Shown piece after piece: positions 26,501 through 39,947 of a stretch of DNA of 64,000 bases. Numbering within the stretch: the first letter of the stretch is position 1; each line of letters begins with the position of its first letter. Source of the DNA: Perkinsus olseni (Eukaryota); assembly GCA_013115125.1 (NCBI GenBank), contig JABANN010000053.1:1-64000 (forward strand). Reading direction: 5' to 3'. The position numbers were made by a program, and so were the translations under genes. Below the pieces are notes generated by a model. It was not told the DNA's origin, made no database searches, and was given only the letters and a program-made list of their open reading frames with translations.

Positions 26501-29500
26501 GCTTCGTTTTCGGGCTTATGCTGGCGTTGGCCTTGGTGCTGACGATCGCTTTTGCACGAACATCTGAATCGAGGAGCGAATTCGAGTTGTTCGTCGGCTT
26601 AAATGCTGACAAAGTCTCGCGGGTATGATCGGACACCGCCTTTGCTTGAGGCTCCATTTTCCTAGTCGTTTAGTCGTTGTGGGGAATGGCTGCCAGCCGT
26701 CCTGCTGACCAGTTTCGTCTGAAGGCGGTTTCTCACATATCTCCGAGTATCTAATAGGGAATCATCCTTCAGGGACGTCAACTTCTGACATTCCTCCTTC
26801 TCTTCAACAACATGGTCCCGATATCGCTTTACGTTACAGTTGACCTGGTCAGATCGATACAGGTCAGTTCGGAGATGCTCACTCACTATTTCTCGATTCT
26901 GCTGGCTGCTGCAGGAAGTGCAAAGAGGCACAATGAAGACCGTCCTTTGCTCAGGCATATGTCATTCAGCGCGACGTCCACTTGAAGGACGGTGAGCACT
27001 CGGCTATCGTGAGTGCTTCAAACCTCAATGATGATCTTGGTCGGGTTGATTATGTTCTCGCGGATAAGACCGGGACCTTGACGGAAAATCGCATGCTCTT
27101 CCGAATGTGCAGTATCGGTGGTGTACGATATGGGGATGATAACCAGGCATATGAAATAGAGAGCCCCAGGTTCACCATGCTTCGCTCATTAAGAAGCAGT
27201 GAGAGCTTCCCCATCACGGAGAAGAGCTACCTATACGATAAAGCTTTGTTCGACCTTCTCGGAGTACCCGCAATCACGAAGCCTGAGGAGGCCTTCGCAC
27301 ATGCGTTCATGCTCACGTGCGCGATATGTAACTCCGTCATTCCGGAGGCAACCGACAGGTCTCCGATAGGAGTCCGTTTCGAAGGCGCCAGCCCCGATGA
27401 GGAGGCCCTGGTTGAGACGGCAGCAAGCGCGGGTTACACCCTCATGGAAAGGAACGCCAGCTACGTGACTCTGAGGATATCACGCTCCACTCCGGAACGA
27501 AAAGCACGACGGCAATGGCATGAGACCACATTCAAAGTTCTCGGTGTCAACGAGTTCACCAGTGAGCGCAAACGTATGAGCGTCCTCGTCCAAATGCTGA
27601 AGGTGATTGAAAGTGATAATGGAGACACAACTCATATTCCCGACCAGAATGGGTCAATACTGTTGGTGACAGGAGCAGACGATGTGGTGATGGAACTTTC
27701 TCGGGGAGGCGTTGAAGGAGATTCATCGATGACTTTGTGTGGGGTTCCCGTCCAAGATGTTCGAGAGGCAACTGTTTCTCATATCCACGAGTTTGCATCG
27801 GCCGGGCATCGGACGCTCATGTTAGCTATGCGTCACCTCGACGAGGCTGAAACATCAGAATACGTCGACGCTGTCCGCGAGGCGAGGCACGCGATAACGA
27901 ATCGTGCTGATCGAATCGCTCGGGTTGCTGCGAAGTTCGAGAGGAATCTGATCGTACTCGGCGCCACAGCTGTCGAGGACAAGATACAGCGCGGCGTCGT
28001 AACTACGGTCGGAAGATTGCTGAATGCAGGCGTGAAGGTCTGGATGCTCACAGGCGATCGATGCGAGACGGCGTTGAACATAGCTAGGGCTGCCAAGCTT
28101 TTGCCTTTGGATGCGCATGTGTCTGATCTCTGTCTCAAGTGCGAATCCAAGATGAGTAGCGAAGAAATGGATGCCGTCGTACTCGACAAGCGGAGAATAT
28201 TCGAGAAGGATTGTCAAGAGTGGATCGCCCAGGGAAGGGCGGGCCGTTTATGTGTCCTGCTGGATGGCTCGGCAGTTTCATGCTTCTCATCAGCCCGGAA
28301 AAACTTGGGGGTCCTGGCTGGTCTACTCTCGTATGCCGAAACGGTTGTGGCATGTCGCTGTTCCCCGGCACAGAAGGCACTCGTTACGCAGTTGTTGCAA
28401 ACAACACGTGACTGCACGACCTTGGCCATAGGCGATGGAGCCAACGACGTCGCCATGCTTAAAGTGGCTGATATTGGTGTCGGCATCATCGGTAGCGAAG
28501 GCATGCAGGCAGTGAGAGCTTCCGATTATGCCATTGCGACTTTCTCCCATTTAGAACGGCTGTTGTTAGTACACGGTCGAGATTGCTACAATCGCATCTC
28601 CCTCGTACTGTATTCCTTCTTTAAGAATATCTGCCTTATACTCCCAAACGTGTTCTTCGCATTGAGCAACGCGTTCACTGGCACCTCCCTGTACGAGTCC
28701 TGGATTCTGATGTCTTTCAACGTTCTGTGGACATCTCTACCTATCATTGTTGTTGGCGCTTCCGACATAACCCTTCCAAGTTGGGTCGTATATAAGTGCC
28801 CTATTGTATACGTCGAAGGACGGATGTCAAGTTCGTTCAATGCGAAGAAGTTTCTCGCGTGGATGTTGAGGGCGGCTTTCTGCGCCACGGTCATCTACTT
28901 CTCCGTCGCGGTGAGCATGAGATACTCCTTCTCTGTTACACCCAGTGGACGGGTGATGGGTTTCGCTTGCATGAGCACGCTCGCTTACTATTCAGTGGTC
29001 GTTGTCGTGAACGGCATACTTGTTATATTCTCCAATCATCTGTCTCGCCTTTTTCTGCTGCTCTGCTTCGTATCCGTTACCGCATTTATACCCATTCTTT
29101 TCATATACTCCCGCGCTGGGAGTCCATGGTCAGAAGCAACTAATGTGCCGGAGATCCTGTGGGAGGAGACTCCAATCAGTTGTATGATTCTCATTCTCTT
29201 GCTCAGCTGTTGCGCCTCCTCGAGCATATTGGAGAGGTTTACTGTATGCTCGTTGAAGCAGGCCACGCCGGTTCAAAAGCTTCAACTGTGGCTGGCGGCT
29301 GCTCCTCACCACTTGATACAGCGAGGTTTGGCACAGATTGCTGCGAGGCTCAATGAGAACTTCTCTCTGATGTCCGACTCCCTCAAGCGCTGCACGAACG
29401 ATGAATCGAACGACCAACTTTGGGATAGTGGCGAGATATTGCCGTCGAGATCTCGAGGCCTCAGTGTCCACCGTCTTTATTCAACAGCTCGAGAACTCTC

Positions 29501-32500
29501 GGTGAGCGCGTTGAAGCGTTTCACGTCATCGTTGAATGAAGACGAGGTAACGGAGGATGACGCTTGCCAACAGCTTCTGAGTAATGTTAATCCGAGGACG
29601 TTAAAGTTCAACAATCCCGCTACTGAATCTGGTTATGTGATACACTCACAGGCCGAGGCTGTTAAACAAGGCAAGTTGTGTATCAAGGTCATGGTCCTGC
29701 CCCTCTGCTCTTGGGGGATAATCAACGAGTTAACCCAGTCAAAACTAATTTCGGGACCCCTCGTCCTCGCCGCAATGGTCGGCTGCTTCTTTTACTGGTT
29801 AACAACTACTCGCTTCTTCTATCATCGCTACGATTTTATCATGACCGGCATGGCATCCTTCTTCGCCGTGGCACTCCATGCGAGAAGGATGGTCACTGGC
29901 ATGGATGATGCCCACATAATTCCCTGGATTCCCCTCTTCATTAATGTCGTTATACGGATCCCCTTCCCGAGAGCACTCGCCCTATCCGTTATCCATCTTG
30001 CCCTCTTCATTCTAAATCATCTCGTACGTAGATTGGAGATGCAGCGTGATTCCACTGAGGCCCGAGACTGCGGTGTAGACTTCAACAGCTTCTGCAAGTT
30101 GTTGGACTACCTCCCGATGATAACTGGGATAACAGTTCTCAGCGTGGCTCTAGGCTACAGGACCGAACTCAATCAGAGAAGCTGCTACCTGATCTCATTC
30201 AGTTCTAAGATTGAGCAGTTTCGGAGTAGGGAAGTTCTCCACAACATGCTTCCAGACTTCGTTGCTGATTCCATCATCGAGCACAATAAAGACCTCGCGG
30301 CCCGAATGGGTAGCGAGCCACGACCCCTATTCTTTCCGTCGGCGAAAAGCCGCTCAAACTTGAGCATTTCTAGAGCGGTATTCGCGTTGGAGATCGGAAC
30401 CTTTGCTCGACGCTGCGGAAACGTTACTGTACTGTTCTGCGATGTGGCCGACTTCCCCCAGCTGGTCGCTGCCTTGGCGCCGAAGCAGCTCATTATTATG
30501 ATGCACCGATTGTTCAGCAGCATAGACAAGTTGGTGTTCATCCACGCGCTAACTAAGCTTGAAACGGTTTCTGAGTCCTATGTTGTCTGCAGCGGACTCA
30601 ACCCGGACGACAACTCTGACGATCGTATTGTCTCGACGGATGCCTTCCGCGCGGTTCTCCTGGGTCTGGACATATTAGATAATACTGCTAACATGAATAT
30701 CTCTGTGGACAGTGGGTGTGATGACGCCGATGGGGATACCTCGATTACGCTGGTTATGAAAATTGGCATCCACACGGGTCCGGTCATTTCTGGGGTGGTC
30801 GGGACGAAGAGGCCTCAGTTCTGCATCTTCGGGGACACCATCAACACCGCTTCGCGAATGAAGTCTACCGCGATCCCCAATCGGGTTCATCTCTCATCAA
30901 GCACGCGGGAGTGCTTGGAGTTCTCCTCAAGTCTCTCCTTCGAGGAGCGTGAGACCTTCATCAAAGGGAAAGGAATCATGGTCACCTATGATGCTTCTCG
31001 AACCCTCGGTTCCCCGCATGCCAAGGATGCCGGAGTGATGTCCCCAAGAGTCTTGAGAACTCCGGCTGTCGCACTCGAGATGTCAAATGTGGGAAGAAAT
31101 AAGGGGATTGAGCTGTTCAAGCGGACCTCTCAGACTAGCACTGGTACCTCGTCATCGAGCGCACTTGCATCCTCTGCTCGTAGGCTTCTAGCGATCCTCA
31201 AGCGATTCTCCAGGTGGCGAGATAGAGCAGAGAGAACCATTGGTCATCGTGCCGGAAGCTCTTCGCCTCCAGCGGCCGACCCATCACGGCTGGGATGGAG
31301 AAATGAAGGCTGGGGCGACGGTTCACTCGACTTGGACAAATCTCGCGATCTGAGGATAGCTGTGGAAGCCCTGAGACGTCACAGCGAACGTCATGGAGCC
31401 ATTGACAAGCCTGCCATTGAGGACACGGTCATCAGCAAGGACAAGGCCAGCCTCTCAACCCTAGAGTTCCTCCAGAGACCTCACGAGATTCAGTTCCGAA
31501 CTGATAGGCTCGCGGCATTTATTACTGCGAGATGCACCCGGGCGATGTTGCTTATTATGCTGGTCTCTTACTTGGCTCAAGCCATCGAGCTAGTTGCTGT
31601 TCCACAGCAACCACCAGTCATCGTCCCCGGGCTTTTTATAACGCGCCTGACTCTATCGACCCTCCTGGTGGTACTCTATGTTCTATTCTCCCTGCAAAGG
31701 GTCATACCCGCATCTGTGTTGAGACTATTCACGGTCGGGGTTTATGTTCTCGGCATCTTGGTTACCTCGTTACACACCACCCTATTTCTCGACACGACCT
31801 CTCAAGTTGGCTGTGAATCCGATGATCCGACGTGCGATGCTTCGGAGTTGACCAAGGCGGACCCGCATTCTGCTGCGATGTAGTGATTGGATGGTTAGTT
31901 ATCAACTATTTAAAGTATTAACTGTTGATACCTGTTGAAGAGCTGTGATCCAGCTTTGCGATTACCGCCTATTGTACGCTTCTGCTCGACACTCAGCTCT
32001 TGCCAGGTACAATTCATACGCGACTAGCCTCGAGCTGACGATGTGGACAATGATGGTCAACTTCAATGCTGGACTATTGTTTAAGTATCTCATCTTCACC
32101 AACATCGTCATTATCATCCCAGTAGTCGTGGCGTGGAACTTGAGTGACTCGCTCGGACAAGAACTGGTTTTTGAGGTAAGCCGGGAAATACAGGGCGCCT
32201 CGAGAAGATGCGGGTATTTGGCTTAGCGTATGAAATGGTGTGAAACATCGGCTTCGAACAGAATCGGTCTAGTAGAGAGACTGCTTCACCAATTCGGAAG
32301 TCTTTCGATTCTTCTGCAATACCGTTGACTCGTTCGGTTGCTCCTTCTCATCATCGTGGTCCACTTGTTTTACTAGTTTACTCGGGTCCGCTATGAGGGT
32401 GAGGACAGCCACTGCGTGCTGTGCGAGTTAGCTGAGCTGTAGGGAAGTGGCTCAGCCGTGCGGGAAAGTGATTCTGCAGTTGATAGTTGGCGTGTTACAG

Positions 32501-35489
32501 TTGCTTCGAAATTGGCAACCACACGAAATTGGCAACTGCAGGCGCACCAACGTTCACCGCTGGTCGCCCGCCCTGCGACCCAACTTTCGGTCGGAAGAAT
32601 AAACACTCGACGAAATTATTTGGTTGTTTCTGGAACGCCGTTTGAGAGGGCCAGTTTTCAGCTGAAAGCTCTTTTTTCACGAGAATTCTCGAAATCTGTG
32701 AAGGGTAGCACCTGTGCAAAGGTTATATACGCGTTGTGCTTTTCACAGAAACGCGTTGAACAGCTCGCGCATCCTTCACGTCCGAATTCAGGCAAAATAG
32801 AACATTAACCAAGTTATAAAACATCGCAAGTATCGCGGTTCTCGAGAGATAGTAGCGTAATAGTGCTGCTCGTGACTGCACTACGAGAGGACCATACGCC
32901 TCAGGCGTAGCTGCACGCATATCGCCCGAAGCCGCGTAGGTTACCGGATAGTTCTTTTATGGTGTCCATGCTGTAGATATCCGTGCTGGCTGTTTGTTTC
33001 GCTATCATGGCCATGATCATGGCTCGGGTGAGGGAGTCCTGGCAGAGGAGGATATACCTCACCGCCATTGAATACCGGAGCTGGCAGCAACGTGCTCACC
33101 TCCTGCTATCGGAATTCATTCCCTCCTCCGTGAGTTCGGGGCTCGGTGATTAAGTCCGGTTTGCAGCGCCGAGAGAGTGACGTCTTCAGGCACTGGAAGC
33201 CTACCTGGCAGATAAATACATCGCGTCTCTGTACAAAAACATGACTCTACTATTCGCCGACATCTGTAACTACACAGCATATGCGGAGAGTACGCCACCC
33301 GAACGAGTTGTGTCCCTCTTAACCAGCTTGTTCTCGCAATTCGACCATCTCTCGGATGCCTATGCAATATACAAGGTGAAACTTCTCCGGGACCTCGCTG
33401 ACGTGTTCTCGGGACTCGTGGCTTATCTTTGTGCGCTTTGGTTCACATATGGTACGTATGGTATCTAAATGAGGAAAGAATATGCCACTAGCCGATTGAG
33501 TGTCTCCCTGAAAACGAGGTGTTTAGAATGAGGCAGGAGTGTCAGAACCGGTCGGATTGATACGTGCTGGGATGCATGCTATCGCAGCGGTGAGGGGTCT
33601 TAGGTGCACACTATCGGAGATGCCTATGTTGCCAGCACAGAACCGAAGGAAGGTGTCGACAAGGTATAGCGGGGGGGGGCTTTACTCCAAATCTTAGCTT
33701 TCGTCGCTCTAGCGATGAGGCCTGCCGTAGACTGACCAATATTCATCGTAGGAGTGTCGATGACTGCGGCACGTGCATTCAGCTTTCCGCACCACATGGT
33801 CAATCGCCTCTGAAGCATATAAGCCTTCATCTCTCGACCAACGCTCCCAGTGTATCTCAACGATGATAGCAGAGAAAAACAGAAGACAAGGCGTAAAATG
33901 TTGTCAAGTCGATCAGAAGGTCAACCAACCTATGGGTCCGTGTGACAAGTCTTAGCAACAGTATTGGTAGAAGGAACTACCGGAAAACTGACAGCAAGGC
34001 ATTTGGTGATCAGACAAAGTTTGCCAGCTAGACTCAGTTGATGACGTGGAAGAACACGCGACCATGCAGCCATGGATCGTCGCACTCGTACGAGGAGTAG
34101 GTTCCGCCTCGTCGGGGGTTAAGCCCGAGAGGGCTTCACTCTAGGTGGAAAAATTTGCGGTACGGGTCGCTACGAGGGCACTTCGTGTTTGCGGCAATGA
34201 GCGTGCATCGCGATTTCTGAAAGGAGTCGTGAGAACATGGCAGCCCATGCCTTACGCTGCAAGGCAGTATGCTCGCCTAACAGTGAGCTGACGGAGCTCC
34301 TCGTAGCAGAAGCAATACTTGTATCACACGTGGCACCACAGCACCCACGCATTTCCTCACTTTCGAGACTGACTCTGAACTTCTGAGAGGTCACCAGTCG
34401 ATTGCAGCTGCCAAGGGGTTTATTCTAGCTGGCGTGATAATGAGATGGCGTTCAATGCGGCGGGGTTTATCAGTCACAGGCTGCGCCTATTAGTCGGCGC
34501 TACAGCTTCCACCATCCAGTCGGAGTGTAATCATTGTGGAGCGACAAACCCAACAGCGTGACTCATGCAATCCCGTGCACTCGCCGTTGGTGTTTATCAC
34601 CTTGCCTGGTGAGAACTATCCGGGAGACCAAGTGCACTGTCCATGTCAATTGGAAATATGTGGCAGCTACCGTCTCATCGGTCTCAGTTTCCAGCCGGGG
34701 CAGGCTATTTTCAGGAGCAACACAGATCGGCAGGTACAATCAGCGGAGCGGATGGTAGCGTTCGCGCAGGCCATGGTGAAGGCTCTCCGTGCAGTGCGTG
34801 AAGAAATGTCAGCACCCGAGCTGGAGATGCGGATCGGCTTGCATTTCGGGAAGTTCGTTGGCGGGGTCGTTGGTGAGTTCCACACCCTTCTGCATTGGAG
34901 CTCCATTCTGATGTGTACTTACAGCCACAACGAAGATCAACTATGACATCTTCGGAGTCGACGTGACCATAGCCAACCAAGTCGAGGCGGCTGGTATACC
35001 TGGCAAGATAGTCGCATCCGATACTCTGCGAGGGTAGGCCAAGTTAGCGATTTTCACCGCGAGAGCTCTCAAAGTGCGGAGTATCCGACATCACGCAGCT
35101 GAGTTGTCTGACAGCACATTGTTGCTGAGACCGTGGGCAGTGCTCGTAGCGCACCGCTCCTCGCTAACTACAGAAACTGCAGCGTCCAGTGCTCACCCGG
35201 TCTGCTTTCGAGGTACCTGAATCATAACTTTCCCGGTCAATACAGATTTCGATTCCGTACAGCTACAGTATAGAGATACTGCTCCCCGACCGTTGGTCAG
35301 GTGAGTTCCGTTGAATTGTCGAAATATCGAGCCCTGTTCTCTCCCGGCTTTGTGGGGGGTATTCTGTTCCTCGCTTTTCCAGATGACGAGAATCCGACAT
35401 ACAGCCGTGGAGGTGTTGTCACCCGACAGTTGAAAGTTTATGAAATATCCGCCAATAAATTCCACTACGCAGACTTCGAGACCGCTTGA
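23543..35489 (+). CDS. P4-ATPase (flippase)-guanylyl cyclase fusion, copy B (~22 exons; large exon ~26955-31880)
   Basis: Same exon order and motifs as copy A ([49 protein letters not shown]), ending 'FHYADFETA*'. It differs by KGAD->TGAD and a one-codon deletion at the start of the TM5 region. Confidence 0.92.
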
Positions 35490-36491
35490 GTCCTATCATC
35501 TCCGGTTTGCAGGGCATGTTATGCACGATTTGAACCTACGTACGGTGATCAATGTATCTCTAGTCTATGATGTTGACTTGAGGTACCTGATCATACGTGA
35601 GACGTCCTCCTCGCCATGGCCAGGGCCTTGATGGCTTCCATCAGCCCTGTGGAGGGTTGTTGGCTTGTATCAAAAACTGCTAAGCTCTCTGCAGTCGTTC
35701 ACTAGGGGAAAGGCGAAATGAGCTCGATTAGTCTGATTTACTAGGTCCAGCAGTCAATCGTGAGGTCTCAGTTGGCCGTGGGGCCACTTGCTCACAGCCG
35801 AGCACGCTCGAGGGGGATTGCCGAACAGCTGTTGACTTGTTGAACGGTCGAGGTTGAATAGCGAGGGTTGAGACACTCAGCCACAGGATTGCTTATAACG
35901 CTGCGTAGGAATGTCTTCTACTTTCGAATCTTCGACGATCTGGGTAGCTGCCGGCTGCGTCAGTGCTCTAGTTTCGGGCTGACTAAAAGCGGTGCTCTCT
36001 CATGCTCGATCTTCTGGCACGATCGGAAACGTTTGACAGTCAATCATGCCTCCAGCGTCATTTTTTATATCGATACGCGAAGTGTGTCGTGCTGAAATCT
36101 CCTCTATTCGTCCGTGCAACATGCTCGCAGGAGCAGATCCCTGGGACGTAACGTGGAAGTCTCGCCGGAATGGACTCGCGTGCGCAAGCTCTTCCGAGGC
36201 GTGACAAGCTCCGCTCCGGAACTCCTAGTGGTCTGCACCACCTGGTCGAAAGATCTTGACCCGCCCTCCCACCCACTCAGGGGGTATTCTGTAAAATATC
36301 TTCCCTATTTCCCAGCTAGGCGATCCGTTGGCTCTAGCACCTTCCCGATGTTTCTAGCAGTTCTGACGGATACCTAGCGGGGGTTGTAAGAGAATCTTTT
36401 AAAGAGATTCTCAGTTGTCGCCGATCCGTGGCCCAAATCGCTCAGCTCGCACGCCTTCCATTGTTAGGAGAACGAGAGATCTTTCCTTGTT

Positions 36492-37470
36492 ATGGCGAGC
36501 TCAGCAGCTGATCACTCAGCAAGTAGGAAAGATGATGGTATACCTAACGCCCCCCAGATAGATCGAGATTCCTGCTCGTCGTCCGGGCCCCTCGCATCCG
36601 TCACGAACCAACTGAACGCCATCTCTGATAGCCTTGCCTCACCTGGTGGTGCCTCAATTCAATTCTCTTGGTTAACTGTTTGTCACTTGTGACTGTTGAT
36701 CGCATGGGCGGTTCCTCGCCGTCACCGGCCGTCTCATCACCTGCTGGAGTCGGATGGGGAGTTATGAGTGACTCTTCTTCTGATTCCCTGAGATACTCGT
36801 ATGAATCGGTAGGTTCAATCAGCTGAAAGGATGGTAGCATTTGCGTAGGCTATGATCGAAGCCCTCCGTGCCGTTCGAGAGGAAATGTCAGCACCCGAGC
36901 TGGAAATGCGGATCGGCTTGCACTTTGGGGAGTTCGTTGGCGGGGTCAGTGGTGAGTTCTGAGCACCGTCGTATGGGAGATCCTTCGTGATGTATCTCCA
37001 CTGCAGCCACAACGAAGATCAACTATGACATCTTCGGAGTTGACGTGACCATAGCCAACCAAGTCGAGGCGGCTGGTATACCTGGCAAGATAGTCGCATC
37101 CGATTCTCTGCGAGGGTAGGAGAAGTATAGCCGCCGAATCCAGCTGAAACAGCGGTGACTGAGGATTCCGCAGTGAGAAAGCCGGGCTATTGCTTAGTTG
37201 CTCTCCAGGTATCTGTCTCATCATTTCCCGGGAAATACAAATTCTGTTCCCACACAGCAATCAGGATAATTGTCCCCGACGACTCACGTGAGTCCAGTCC
37301 GAAAGCCGCATAATCGAGCTCGGCAGCTTCGAGAGTGACGTTTTGTCGACGTAGCGGGTTTCTCAGAGACTCAGCGCCGTTCAGAGTCATTCGGCCACCA
37401 AGGTGTCGTCTCCAAACAGTTGAACGTCTGCGAGATATTGGGGGTAGTCTTAGGAGATGATATGACTCCA
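36492..37470 (+). pseudogene. Internally collapsed flippase-GC pseudogene: exon 1 joined to the last cyclase-2 exons
   Basis: 36492-36670 resembles exon 1 ('IDRDSCSSSGPLASVTNQL'). 36810-37115 reproduces the '[16 protein letters not shown]' and '[15 protein letters not shown]' exons with an in-frame TAG at 36846. Degenerate last exons follow, and about 11 kb of the gene body is missing. Confidence 0.88.
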
Positions 37471-39147
37471 ATCGTCCTTAGATTATGCGGAGTCCGCACA
37501 GCAGACATCTCTTGCATGGGATAGTATAACGATGATGCACTTCTCTTAAAGGTGGTCTATTGGTATTGATACAGTTGGGGCGGGCGGCCTGGCATTGGGT
37601 CCACGGCAGACTCTTTAATATGGTCCTTCTCTGTTTTTCCCTACCAGATTTCGAATAGTGAGTGAGGCATTGGCCCAACACTGTTAGAGCCGCTTCTAAA
37701 GTGGGGCAAGACTCTGAACTTTGCAGGCAGAGTGTGCCTAGCAGGCTTCTCCGTGTTGGATGCCTTTTGCACAGTCCTTGCATCGGCAAGGACTGAGACT
37801 TTCTCTCCACGACGGCTGCACCGTGCCTCAAACAGTAACAAACTATAGCTAAAGCACAATAATTCTGTCAGGGTATGGAATGCCGGCTATTACACAGCAC
37901 CCTTGTTCGCTACTGCATCCACCTTGGGGAAGATGTCGTCCTCTCCCCTGGTACGGTACCAGTGGTACTACGCCCGAGTATGCTGTTAAAAGAGTGAGAA
38001 ATGTCAATTCCAAGTTGGAATTAATGAAGTGGCGTGACGCCTGCCGTGTGAGCTGAGCATGTTCGGATAAATAACAGCTGGATTCGACTTTTCCAGACAC
38101 AAATTTTCGAGTTGATTGTGGGGCGAGGCGTAGGTGGCGCGCCAATTTGTCCACAACTGGACTTGACGTGGAGTGTGTTAAGGCCGGAGCCGCATCCGTA
38201 TCTCACTGTGAGAAGTTATAAGTGTGCATATCACCAAAGATTCGAACCCTCGACCTTCATTGGGCGAGACCACCGTCTCAACTACTACACTATACTGCCT
38301 ACTGAAAAATGTAATTGGCATTCTGTGACGCCCACAGTGGGCGGTCTACTACAACCCATCGTGATTTCACATTTTGCTGAACGACATTACATCCCTGGGC
38401 GTAAAACCCACGATCGACATCCTTGTAACGAATCACCGTATCCACTTGACCAAAATTCCACTTTAAGCAGAAGTCTTCATGAGGGGGCTGCATCGTGAGG
38501 TTTTCACAGTCGCGCCTGGGAAACTCCCAATTGAATGTCGAATACTCTACCAACTCGTCAACTTTCACCACTCGAAGTACTATGCTCAAGTGCCCACACT
38601 GTCTCATAAGTGTCACTCGTGTCACTCGAACACTGGCTCTGCAGAAGTTAGCTTCGCTCGAAAAAGTCACCTTCCCTAGGTGAATGGAACGGTATATGAC
38701 AAGAAACTTAGCGTATAGGCAGGCGTACTCCGGGAGTGTTTCCCGGCCTAGACGGGTAACGCGCAGGAGCTGTCCAGTCGGTCAGAGACGCTGCTTTACA
38801 TGCTTAAGATCGGAAGATCTATGCTGACGCTTGTTGTTTTCGTGCGCGATCCGATACATGAGGGCTTCAAGATGAAGCGTCAAGAGTGATTCTCCTTCAT
38901 GATGAAGCAGAATTACTCTTGGGCCGAAAAAACGAGAGATGGAGCTTCGTGGCACCAAGGGATAATACAATGCACTCCTCATTATTTTCACGTACGCGGG
39001 ATATCGCCGTAGATCGCCAAATTTAGTGTATCCTCTCTTCTAACTTCACGAGTTGGCATCTCGATCGACCGCAGTTTCGAGACCCCGAGTGGGAGCCCAT
39101 GGTGAAAACGCAACAGACTACGAAGTGGAGACATCGTTCCCAATGCC

Positions 39148-39804
39148 ATGTGGAGCAACCTTCATTATTCGGACATGGTCAGATCTATCGCCACCATCGA
39201 CGCTGGTCCCTCGGCCTACATGACCAACTTTACGTCGATTCAACCATGCGGCACCCAGCTACGCACCGAAGCACTCGCCGTTATCCTCTCGACGGCCGAT
39301 AGTCCCTCGCGGAGTACACGAAGGGCGATCTGCTTATTAGTCATGTGCCTTCCCACAGCGTTTGATGTGAGCATGAGCATAACGTCGACACCTATGTGAG
39401 CCACACTCGGTCGCACGAACGCTGGGGGAACCTCTGCTGACCTGGGCGTAGTTGATATCCCTGCACTGCATTACTTCTGTGATCTTTACTCAAACATGTG
39501 ACCTATTACGCATAAAAAGCAGGCTCAAAGGGTGGTTCACAACCTCCGTGAGAGCGAGGAATACGGTACTGCCACACGAGGTCGATATGATGCCGTCATT
39601 TGGGCAGTGTCTTCTACCCCTTATCAGCAGCATGGTCATGCGCAGGGCAGCTTGAAGACCTTACAGCGAAAGCTCCTTCTTCTGGTGATCCTTTCCGGTA
39701 CGCGAGCACTGGCCTGGCAGATCCCACATGGCCTACGAACATCCACCTCTCAGAGGAGCTGGAGGCCTCCTCAGCCATACCGTAAAGCAAGAGTACGAGC
39801 GTAA
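39148..39804 (+). CDS. Possible hypothetical protein exons
   Basis: Two protein-like ORF segments (39148-39399 and 39532-39804). No family recognised. Confidence 0.2.
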
Positions 39805-39947
39805 GGCTCATATCTAGAGGAGAAGACTATCGGACAAAGTAAAGGCACGTCAACTACTTCTGCAATCCTCTGCGGCAGCCAATGCTTCCTGAAGTATATC
39901 TTCTGGTGACTCACGCAGAGAGGTGGCGGGCTCGGAATTGAGGGAAC

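Noticed and set aside
31571..31581. CTTGGCTCAAG resembling the 3' end of the perkinsid/dinoflagellate spliced leader
   Set aside because: It is only 11 nt and lies inside a coding exon (YLAQA), with no rest of the leader and no 5'-UTR context.
34168..34180. TACGAGGG mariner-like terminus (reverse complement also near 5624)
   Set aside because: It is an 8-mer with no matching partner terminus at a sensible distance and no transposase.
37500..39000. Possible gene or element right of the GC array
   Set aside because: Only short unrelated ORFs and tiny direct repeats are present, with no motif, terminal repeat or splice pattern I can support.
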